This document shows, in pieces, positions 53,201 through 64,000 of a stretch of DNA of 64,000 bases. The notes below the pieces were generated by a model, which had not been told where the DNA came from, searched no databases, and saw nothing but the letters and a program-made list of their open reading frames with translations. The position numbers and the translations under genes were made by a program. Origin of the DNA: Octopus sinensis (lineage: Eukaryota); assembly GCF_006345805.1 (NCBI RefSeq), contig NC_043007.1:44950001-45014000 (forward strand). The letters are read 5' to 3'. Every line of letters begins with the position of its first letter. Positions within the stretch are counted from its first letter, which is position 1.

Positions 53201-54189
53201 AATTTCCGAATCTTTCAACATCTTTCAAAATTGCAACAAACTTTTAACGTAATCTTAATTTTCATTATTTCGTCTCCAATCCCGGCGTTATATCATTATT
53301 ACACATAAATAACGTGCACAGTAAAACGTCTGAAAATTCGCCATTCCGTCAGGATGTTCTGTCTCCCGTGTATTTGTATTGATCTCTTATCCGAATTTGA
53401 ATGTAAGTTGACATTATATACGTCGGGGGTCATGCAGTCATTGTGCGTAATGTTTGTATGTTGACGTATATATTCTATTAATTCTTTATTGTTTGTGACT
53501 ACAGCTATGTAATTGATGATATTTTTCTTTTGTTTGGTTTGTAGATGCAGTTCTGGCTGTTGGTGTGAGTGTGAATTTGGCTCTATTTATGTTTGTTGTG
53601 ATGTTTGTCGTGTTGGTGGTGATAGTAGTGCTTCTGGTGACGGTGGATGTGGCCATAGTGGAGTTGGTGCTGGTAGCTGCACGACTTGTTTCATTTAGTT
53701 TTCTCCTGCAAGTGTTTTATGTGAATGACTTTATTTATTGCTTTCTTGTCCTTTCTTTTCATTCAGCATATTGCTGAATGAAAAGAAAGATTCCATTCTT
53801 CTTTCGGGTCACTTTCACCGCACAACAGATATAAGAAATCCAGAATGTGGAGCTGGGTATGTCCTGTGCTGATGTTGTTCCTGTTGTTAGTGTTGGGAAT
53901 TTTGGTGTCGCTGGTATTCTTGTCACTAATAGTGTTGCTGTTGTCGCTGTTGTATTTTGGGGCCTCTGTTGCAGTTGTTGTTGCAGTCTCTGTACATCTA
54001 CTGTTACCATTGCTGCTAGTCTGTTTGCTCGTTGTTGGGGCTCCGGGCGCTGTATAAATGGCGTTGGTAAAAGTGGGAGTTTTGTTTCTTTTAGTTCAGC
54101 GTGCAAATGATTCAGCCACATTTTAAAGCCATTAAGTCGCATTTTTGGTTGTTGATACGTCATTGATATTCATGTGTTGCGATTGGGTA

Positions 54190-55790
54190 CTCATTCTGAA
54201 TAGCACCTTGATTGTGTACTTTCATGTACCTTGTGAGTCCAGATCACCTGGAAGACTGCCTACAACATAGATCGCATATCAGATTAGTTGCAAGAAATTG
54301 GTTGTATTCAACCTGAAGCTTTCAGCTTGTTTGCGTAGGTGACCCTTTAGACCAGCTTTTGAAAGGCACGTTCAATCGCACTCATCACAGTCAAACTATT
54401 GCACTGTTGGGCCAACAGATTCCATTTTCCTAGCTGCTCACTTTACATTAGCTCATTCTTATGAATATTCCTGAAACTCATTGGTTATTTTTGTGTCACA
54501 ACGTCATCGGTAATTTTTTAGCGGTATCACTTCTATCTAGCACTAATACCTCCTTGTCAGTTGTTTCAATCTTGACTTGAGTTACAGAATCTTTCACGGT
54601 TTCGTGAAAGTAGCCAGCTCACCATAAAGGATTGGGTGTTTGCTGTCATCACGTAAATTAGACACCTTTTCCAGCAGGATGTATATTTAGGTATGTGAGC
54701 TTCAATGCTGAGTGCCAGCATTCTTGAATATTTCAAAGTCAAGCGTACTCCATGGAACACCTATAATATTACGAAGATATCGTTTTTGAAGTTGCTCTAA
54801 GATTTTGATGTACATGCAGTAGACAACCAAAGTTCCATAAGAATAAATCAATATCGTAAGGACGCTTGCATTGTACAGGTAATTTTAGTGTTTTTTGTAA
54901 ATTTCTTTCTGATCCGAAACATGTACTTTGACGCTGGCAAAAATATCAGTTGCCTTTCTGATGTGTGAAATCATTTCATCATCCACTGAGTGTCCATCTA
55001 GGACTTATGATCAATAGTCCTAGATTTGAAAATTTATCAACAATGTGTAGGTTGTTACAATCGACACATATTGATGGTTCAACGAACTGTGATCTGAGAG
55101 AAAGTCCAACATTACCACAGTTTTGTTGAGGTTAACCTGACAGCTTTACAAGATTGCGAGAGCCTATTCATAAATGTTGCATACATGGGAATGAGTGTGA
55201 TGCAAGATCACAGTCATCAGTGTATAAAACGCCGTGTATGAGATTCTGAAGGACCTGCTGTATATTGAATCTTTTTTTAGAGATTCGGTATCAAAAGAAG
55301 GTGCCTTCGTGGCAGTCCCTGAATGCATCAGTTAGCTCGATAGTGAAGATAGACATAAGAGTATTTTCCATGAGGTCATCCGGTTTAACACCATATTTTG
55401 CCTTAATTAGTTCAGTGAGGATAGCACTAACATTTAGTCAGGCGTTCATGTCATCATGAAAAGACTTTATGGTATCAGCAAAGTGATCCGTGCAGCCCAA
55501 CGTGATCATGATCCTTTATAATGCTTTTCTGTTGATCTTGTTAAAGTCCTTCGTCAAGTCAGCAGAAACTTGGAATAAGTTTTGGTGTTGTTCATAACAT
55601 TTTTCTTGTATTTGAAAAGCTGCAAATCTATCAAATGTGTTTTGGGGAGTCTAAACTTAGTGTTACCAGTAATCCAGTGCAACCTGTCGCATGGTCGGGT
55701 CATCGGCAACCATACCAAGCCTAATAAGTTAGGAAAGTGGTTTTCGTTGGACACCCTGCAGAACGAAAAGCAAAACCTGTCAAAAGATGA
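54190..55790 (-). mobile_element. Decayed RTE (BovB-like) LINE
   Basis: Minus strand DLTKDFNKINRKAL*RIMITLGCTDHFADTIKSFHDDM..KYGVKP..DAFRDCHEG, and a C-terminal CDLCCRQ..SGLTRYM zinc-finger-like motif. Many stops. Confidence 0.8.
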
Positions 55791-56998
55791 ATGAATTCAG
55801 TTGGGTCAAAGACCATACAACTGAGAGAGAAAAAAGACCACTGGTTTTAGTTTAGACATCGCTCAAAAAGAAAGAAAACTCTAATGTAATACCTGTGATT
55901 TCGTTTGCAATCAATGATGTAAAATAGTTGTTTGCGCAAATGCATTCGTTGCTTACAGACTGGGATTAGTCATGTGCACGTGAATAAATATTTGTATGTA
56001 TGTATGTATGTATGTATGTATGTATGTATGTATGTATGTATGTATGTATGTTTGTATGTATGTATGTATGCATGCAAGCATGTATGTATTATATATGTAT
56101 GTATTATGCATGCATGTATGTATGTAACATTCATACTGGTAAAAAGGGATAAATATGCCTCTGTTGTACTTCTATTAATGTTATATCGCCTGAAGAAATG
56201 ATCCCATGAAGATGATCAACCTGATACCCATGGATACTACAGACTGCACTGTAATCATCCCAAGAATACGGATTGTAAACTTAAGAGTCATGTGATTTGT
56301 GGAAATGTGCGTGTAGCGATGCATTAAATGTTTATAAATTCCATCCAAGTATTATTGTTATTATTATTATATTTATCCTACATTATATCGGTACAACTTG
56401 ATGCGACCCCGAAAAAGTGGTCAGCAAAATTATACTGTGACCGGCGTAATGTAATAGGAGCTTTATTTGCATATTCAAAACGTTTCCCATAAACAAATTT
56501 AAAAGATATATATAGCATATAGAAAACAGTGAGTACAGTCTTTCGCAATATAAAAAATTAAAAAATTAATACTTCAGCGTTAAAAAAAAAATTTTTTTAC
56601 TTTATAAAGCCTAAAATAATAAATAAATAAAAACATAAAAATATAAAAATACGCATATATAAGAAACATAAATACATATGGTATAGATAAAAGTTCATCG
56701 ATTGAGAATTTTTTACGATTAAAAGTTACTTTTTAAGATAAAAGGAAACCTTTTAAGAAATGCCAGTGTCCAAGCCCCCAAAAAATATATATGTACAGTC
56801 CGTATGGCCATTTCAGGGGTTCATCAACGTAGTCAATGCACGAGGGTCCATTGCGGTAATGACTCCTTTGTCATGTTTCTTTATACGTGATTAAATGTTC
56901 GAGATGTGATATGTTAATTGGATGACCTTAAATTTGTTGTTTGTTCTACAACCAAAGTTTGTTATACTCCTCTCATTTACTTGAGCACTATTATTATT

Positions 56999-57037
<39 letters not shown>

Positions 57038-57171
57038 ATGCATATTTACGCTCTCACACATGTATAGAAAGACACATGTATAGAAAGACACATGTATATT
57101 CCTCTGCAATTTTTTGTAAATTCTTAAATATATCTCTTTCTGTATATATATATATATAGATATATATATAT

Positions 57172-57267
<96 letters not shown>

Positions 57268-57366
57268 CTACCAAACAAACATGATTTTTATTGAACTCAT
57301 AATACTTTTTGTAATCTCGTTCCGAATACTTTCTTAAATACTTTCTTGTAAACTGTTTTTAACATT

Positions 57367-57510
57367 TTCTTCTTCTTCTTCTTCTTCTTCTTCTTCTTCT
57401 TCTTCTTCTTCTTCTTCTTCTTCTTCTTCTTCTTCTTCTTCTTTCTTCTTCTTCTTCTTCTTCTTCTTCTTCTTCTTCTTCTTCTTCTAATTATTATTAT
57501 TATTATTATC
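57367..57510. repeat. (TTC)n followed by (ATT)n
   Basis: Direct reading. Confidence 0.95.
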
Positions 57511-57698
57511 AAAGAATGTATATATGTATTTTAATACTTTTGTGACAACCAGAACTTACCACAACAAACCTCATACAAAGCCTTACATTTTACTTTTGAT
57601 AATCTTTTTCTAAAAAAGTGAAACATCTTTAAAATTGCATTTTCAAACCTTCTTTCATATATATTTCCACTCGTGCAGTACTTTCCAACTTTACTTTG

Positions 57699-57730
<32 letters not shown>

Positions 57731-57733
<3 letters not shown>

Positions 57734-58008
57734 GTGAAATAGAAAGATGAATAATCTTGTAGTAGATTAATCAAAAGTTTAACCGATACCTTAGTAGCAA
57801 AAATCACAGCAGTGAACAGCACGGTTGGAGGTACAACCATCTGGCGTTGCAACCGTGCGTTGGTGCGGATAATTGAAATTAAAACATTATTGGTGAATTG
57901 AAGAAATGGAGCTGAACGCAGATTGAACAGAAATCGTTTTATTTCATTCATGAAATAAAACGATTTCTGTTCAATCTGCGTTCAGCTCCATTTCTTCAAT
58001 TCACCAAT

Positions 58009-58051
<43 letters not shown>

Positions 58052-58360
58052 GTGAAATAGAAAGATGAATAATCTTGTAGTAGATTAATCAAAAGTTTAA
58101 CCGATACCTTAGTAGCAAAAATCACAGCAGTGAACAGCACGGTTGGAGGTACAACCATCTGGCGTTGCAACCGTGCGTTGGTGCGGATAATTGAAATTAA
58201 AACATTATTGGTGAATTGAAGAAATGGAGCTGAACGCAGATTGAACAGAAATCGTTTTATTTCATTCTACACGTGTTTCGAAACACGTGTAGAATGAAAT
58301 AAAACGATTTCTGTTCAATCTGCGTTCAGCTCCATTTCTTCAATTCACCAATAATGTTTT
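57731..58360. repeat. Two tandem ~318-bp units, each ending in a long perfect palindrome (probable Penelope-like terminal repeats)
   Basis: Units start at 57731 and 58049, separated by (TA)n. Palindrome 1: 57881-58016 (67-bp arms, 2-nt loop). Palindrome 2: 58199-58360 (81-bp arms, no loop). Confidence 0.9.
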
Positions 58361-59319
58361 ATATATATATATATTATATATATATATATATATATATGCA
58401 TACGCATACATGTATACACATACACAAGAAACCAGATGTATGTATTCATATACACACTCACACATATGCATATTATTTATTGAATTTACTGGAAACAAAT
58501 CATACGTGAACAGCGGCAAGTTCCAGGCTTAGGCAGTGTAGTAACTCGTCGCTTTTTTACTGAGTACCGCGTACGATATGCTTTATAAGCACTTCCAAAT
58601 ACTGTATTATATATATATAAACTGAGAAGTAACGGGAAATTGAGCTTAGAAAATTGCTTCTGCCTCCTTCTATAAAGGTTAAGTTGGATGCACATTTTTA
58701 AGTATTTTACTTTTTCTTGTTATATAATCCTAGGAAACATGTCATCAGTTGACGTAGCTCGTCTGGTTCTGAGTAGATACACCCAATCAGTGTGCAACAA
58801 TGTATTGACGTCACATGGAAGTAAAAAATATATATAGAAATCAATAAATAATAAGCAGAGACAACTATTTCAACTGGGAGTTTAGGCCTCTTATGTCAGC
58901 TACGAAAGCTGTTACGAACAAGAGCCATAATGACAAGTTGGAAATGCATTATTTTTAAATATACTGCAATACAAAACAGTGACACTGGATTTGAATGTTA
59001 TTATGTGATTGATGTATGATCCAGAGATATATTTTTGTAATATAACAGTAAAGCTGTCGCTAATAATATTTTATTAAGGAATCCTCACTGGTGTTTCTGA
59101 ATTTATTACAGCCATAGTATTTTGCGATAACTAATATAATTTTTGTGTCTGTTAAAATTTGGCGAAACGGATCCTCTTTCTTTCTTTCTTTCAGTTTGAA
59201 TAAATATTTACAGAAAGTTTACATATCGAATTGTTTAATTGAATTTAAAATATTGCTCTTCTTGTAACGCTTCTATTGCATTTGTTTTCACTTTAATTAC
59301 ATTAGAAAATATTTGTTTC

Positions 59320-59710
59320 ATATTTTGGCACTAGGCCAGCAATTTCGAGGAAGGGCGTAAATCAGTTACATCGACCCCAGTGCTTAACTGGTACTTAGTT
59401 TATCGACCCCGAAAGGATAAAAGGCAAAGTCGATCTCGGTGGAGTTTGAATTCAGAACGTAATGACGGACGAAATACCTAGTTCTTTACTACCCACAAGG
59501 GGCTAAACACAGAGAGGACAAACAAGGACAGACAAACGGATTAAGTCGATTACATCGACCCCAGTTTGTAACTGGTACATAATTTATCGACCCCGAAAGG
59601 ATGAAAGGCAAAGTCGACCTCGGCAGAACTTGAACTCAAAACGTAACGACAGACGAAATACGGTTACGCATTTCGCCCTGTGTGCTAACGTTTCTGCCAG
59701 CTCGCCGCCT
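59320..59710 (-). mobile_element. Two adjacent SINE family B copies
   Basis: acatcgaccccagt..tttatcgaccccgaaaggat..aaggcaaagtcga twice; head ctgccagctcgccgcc at ~59695-59710. Confidence 0.88.
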
Positions 59711-60207
59711 TCGACATATTCAGTTTTGCCAGTATTTTTGCATATTTTTGTTGTACAGTCTACATTAGACTTATGATCAGAATCTGTTTGGCCGTCTTTT
59801 ATTATGTATCATGTGTCAGAGTCTACACTGTTCAATGTATTTTTTGAATGACACTAGAGAGATTCAGCTACTATTTCTAGCAGGTTAACCGACCGTGTAG
59901 AGGTTTGGAGTTCTTCATATGTTATCCGTTTGATTCGTGGTAGTCGTCAGATTTTCTATACCGTTACGTTGCAAGCCAGTTGGGACCTATATCTAGTCGT
60001 TCTAGATTCTAGAAATAAAACACAAAGCTCTCTTAACTCACACCTTAGCAATTTAGAAATGGAAGAACAATGAATGTAACTTTAGATTAGACGCATTACA
60101 TGTGAAAATAAAATGCAATGTCCAAGACTAGAACATGTTTTATCGAGAGTCAGCTTGATCAGGGCTGACCTGGAGCACGTAAAGCAGTAGTAGCAACAGC
60201 AACAGCA

Positions 60208-60400
60208 GTGGAGGCGCAAAAGCCCAGTGGTTAGGAAAGCGGACTTGCGGTCGTAAGAACGCGGTTTCGATTCCCAGTCCGGGCATTATGAGTGCTTATT
60301 AAGCAAAAACACCTAAGCTCCATGAGGCTCCGGTGTGGAGGGTGGGTGGTGAACCCCGCTGTACTCTTTCACCACAACTTTCTCTCACTCTTTCTTCCTA
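60208..60400 (+). mobile_element. SINE family C
   Basis: ggaggcgcaaaagcccagtggttagg..ggtttcgattcccag..aaaacacctaagctcc. Confidence 0.8.
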
Positions 60401-60701
60401 CTTCTACCACAAAGCAGAGGAACCATGGTGTAACCCACTATGGTGTGGTAAACTTTCAGACCCTAGTCTAGATTGCGAATCCTCTGTAACCCAGGATGGT
60501 TCAGCTCTCCACCCGTTAAAAGCCACCGTTTACAGAATGAGGATAACAACGTAACTTTCGCGCCCGTGCAACCGCAGTCTATAGCGTGTGGTGGGTGGAT
60601 CTTCAAGTTGCCACACGCATTCTTAGTAGCTTAGAGTACGTTCGAATTAGAGATTATTCTTTGTTGCTAACGGCGTGAGTCCTGCTTGAAAGAAGAAGAA
60701 G

Positions 60702-60732
<31 letters not shown>

Positions 60733-61384
60733 CAACAACAACGCAACATCAACAAAAGTTGCAGTCTCATATATAAAAAAGAGCTTCAATACAAATTACA
60801 AAATCCAAAGAATTATGCGAAATTGTTTGAAATGTGTGGAATTTCGGCAAGGTAAAGGTATATTGCTCTAATATTGAAACGGGAACTGGATATTAGAGTG
60901 AACTCGCTATGCGCTTGCTTCAACATATCAGTGAATTAATCTTTACAATGCTTGTAGACATTCAAAGCAAGCACTCTGTAGTGGTACATATTTGAACATA
61001 AATATCATTTCAACCAGATATATCTTTATTTTATTCATTTATTAGTTACATTCATTGAATCTTGGTCACGTATAAGCCAACATCGCCTGCAAGAGTTTAG
61101 CCGCTGATATCAAGTTCAATATTTTCAAACTAGTGCTTATTTCATCGATCCTTATTTATTGGTTTGCGTCCTTACAAGATCTAAAAGGACTCGATATAAA
61201 CAACAGCTTTAACAAACTAAGGAAATATAAGCATACACGTACTCATATTTATGTTTATATTTTCTTTTAGTATCATCATCATTCTTAGACTTAGGTGAAC
61301 AACCAATGCTAATCAGTGGGGATTCACAGTATGCGTTTTACTATTCATCCTTCCGATCGCTGAATACAAAACGTATTCTGTCCT

Positions 61385-61560
61385 GGTGATTTTTCCGAGT
61401 CGCCAGTCCATCACAAGGTCACCCATTTACAGCTGAGTGGACAGGAGCAACGTGAACCGAAGCGTCTTGCTCCAAAACATAACCTACAGCCGTTCTGGGA
61501 ATCGAAACCGCTATCCCGCGATCGCGAGTGCAACACGCTAGACACGATACCACATGCCTT
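61385..61560 (-). mobile_element. SINE family D/C, decayed
   Basis: cccatttacagctgagtggac-ggagcaacgtgaa..gggaatcgaaacc. Confidence 0.7.
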
Positions 61561-62241
61561 GACATATACTTTTTCTTATTCGTCTGAAGCCACGTGTTGT
61601 CACTGTTAAGATTTCTTGTTATCAACAATACCAAAACGCATATATAAGGTTATGGAAATAAAATACACGTCTCATTGACTGAGCAATGTTTTCGTGTTAG
61701 TAACGATTAAGATTTATCCTGAATCTTAAGAGAGAGAGAAAAAAAAAAAAACGAAACAAAGTAAAATTTTGTGGGTGATAGATAAAATGAAATGTATCTT
61801 AGACTATAATTGAAAGAAGTGGAAGTAAATAAGTATATAAGAGTTTGAATAAAAAACGCCATGAAGTGATGTTTAAGAGAAATTATTGTAATGAGTATTC
61901 AAATAAATAACAGTTTGAAATAAACTAAATTATTGATAATTGAATAAATAATGAATAAAAGAAAAAAAATATGTAAAATGGTTGGTTAAGTAAATAATCA
62001 ATTTAATTTACTACTTCTTTGTATAAACAAAGGATTGAATAATGCAATAAATTCATTTATAATTAAAGAAATAGATCGCTGCATAAGTAAGTTAAAAAAT
62101 AAATCTATCAATAATAAAGAAAATAATTTAACAAATAATATATGAATATTATGGAATAATGTGGGAGATATATCAGGAAGTAAAATAAGGAGTAAAAATT
62201 TAATGCGGAGTTGAAGTAAAGTTATGTGAGGTTGCATGATA

Positions 62242-62554
62242 AACGATAAACGTCGCCCTTTTCAAGCCTAGCCAGGCTCATGGGCCCGGTTTCCCGGTTT
62301 CTGTGGCATATGTGTCCCTCCAGCTGGATGGGATGCCAGTCCATCGCAGCGTTACTCAAGAAACAGGAAGAGAGAGAGTGAGAGAAAGTTGCAGCGAAAG
62401 AATACAACAAGGGTTGCCCCCCCCTGCCGAAGCCTCGTGGAGCTTTTAGGTGTTTTCGCTCAATAAACACACACAATGCCCGGTCTGGGAATCGAAACCG
62501 CGATCCTCCGAAAGCGAGTTCGCTACCCTAACCATTGGACCATTGCGCCCCCAC
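62242..62554 (-). mobile_element. SINE family C with perfect 14-bp TSD
   Basis: TSD gaggttgcatgata at 62228-62241 and 62555-62568; A box tggtccaatgg, B box ggtttcgattcc on the minus strand. Confidence 0.93.
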
Positions 62555-64000
62555 GAGGTTGCATGATACGTAATAAAAATGAAGTTAATCAAACGCCTCG
62601 TAATTTTGGCGTAAGGTCTGTGATTGTCAGTGGAAAGGGTCAATCGACACCTTTGATCTCCAGTGCTTGATTTGAATGCAGATAAGCATTTTGTCCGACG
62701 CTCTAGCTATTCTGTCATCTCAAACGGTTTTTCTCTGTTGCTGTTCCAAGTATTCATGATTTGCGCATGGTATACGAGTAAGCAGGTACACTAAAAGAGA
62801 CATGCAATGCAAACCGAAGTAAGAGCTGTAATACGAACAACAGAGTGTTGTGTATTTGAAAGCAGTTGGACTGCGTAATTATAGTTGCAAAGAAGTGCTC
62901 TGCACCGTATATGGGTAGTGCCTCCATTGGATTTCGCACAGGAACCTTAAATGTTTAAATATTAAACACCTACTCATTTGGATGTTACGTTGTTTGTGTG
63001 TGCAAATCAAATCCGTATTAAGTTTGAGTATGCCGCCTGTAAGCTTTAATGAATAGGTGTAAAGATCAGTCCAACTATTTAGTATCAAGCCATGAATTCA
63101 AGTGATTGTGTCACCGATTTTTGGCTAAAAATTCGAAGTTAAGGACCAGATATTTTCACTACTACGTGATCTTATATTACAGAAATGAAAACAAAAGAGC
63201 TTGAGTGATGGAGAAAAATCTGACTGTTAGACAAATGCTGCCCGTGAACCTCAGTTTAGAGTTTCAACAGTAAATCAGCAGGTTCAATTAATTTTCAGGT
63301 AAAATTTCAAATATAATGGCTCCTATCAACATTTGGTTATACATGCATTATCAAATCTCATATTAGATATGTCTGTTCGTTATCAGTACGGAAGCCAGCC
63401 TCTTATAACTAAGCAACCGGTATGAAACTGGATTTATTTAAAGATGTGCACATTCTATGGTGCTTACCAGCCTTTGGCAGCGTCTTGTTGCCTTAATGAA
63501 ACTGATTCGCTCAGTGAATTCGGGAAGGCGGAAAACAATGAATGAGGCCCGTAGACTTGTTATCTGTAAGTAACAATCCACTTATATGCTACCTATCTAC
63601 TCAGTGAAGCGGGGCGCGGGAAAGAAATACGCAAGGTCCCAATGAAAATTTGTGAAGTGTGCTTAATTTTAGGTCTAAATTTTCTCGGTCACGGGTATGA
63701 TGGTTCAGGAAGCCAATCTGTTTGTAGTTGGAATATTTCCAGAACAGTAATATGTTTCACAGTATATATTTTTAAATGAGCTAACAACCAGCCAGCATTA
63801 TACATTTGTAATGGTTCTAATCACTCGCCTGCAATTATTAAACACATAACTTGTAATGTGAATAGACCCATTTCAAAATCTATTAGCAGATATGGCTATA
63901 TTTGACATGATTGCTCTGTACTATAATAGAATATTGAAAGGAAGAAATTTCAACGTGATAAGCTATTTAGAATCAAGCTCTAAATAATTAAATACACGCA

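Noticed and set aside
53500-54163. Q/T-rich 134-aa minus ORF and mucin-like T-rich stretch
   Set aside because: Low-complexity (CAA/CAG)-like sequence directly 3' of the RTE relic; open frames on both strands reflect composition.

Overview
AT-rich, microsatellite-saturated eukaryotic DNA made almost entirely of transposable-element debris. The SINE families and repeat spectrum resemble an octopod cephalopod genome (recalled resemblance, not verified by search). I could not support any host protein-coding gene, true tRNA, rRNA or CRISPR array; most ORFs in the track are translations of simple repeats. Best-supported elements: a full-length mariner (22842-24136, TA TSD, one frameshift, third catalytic D->N); a full-length IR/DR-type Tc1 (32643-34246, 223-bp TIRs); a 5'-truncated R4/Dong LINE with RT, CCHC and PD-(D/E)xK domains inside (TAA)n (44160-46360); a composite non-autonomous Helitron with tandem 512-bp units (15538-16959); a Helitron PIF1-helicase relic (42095-43110); an RTE LINE relic (54190-55790); several decayed mariners, MITEs and about 20 SINE copies of four families. 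Most interesting observations: (i) two tandem perfect fold-backs at 57731-58360, one broken exactly at a predicted hammerhead cleavage site, suggesting Penelope-like/retrozyme activity; (ii) a complete hammerhead catalytic core at 7923-7955; (iii) the composite Helitron sits 3 nt after an ATG downstream of a CCAAT/E-box/TATA set and supplies a same-phase replacement splice donor (speculative); (iv) a LINE and a SINE share a 3' stem-loop with compensatory changes; (v) a cluster of (TAA)n-embedded retroelements including a ~550-bp non-coding companion element.
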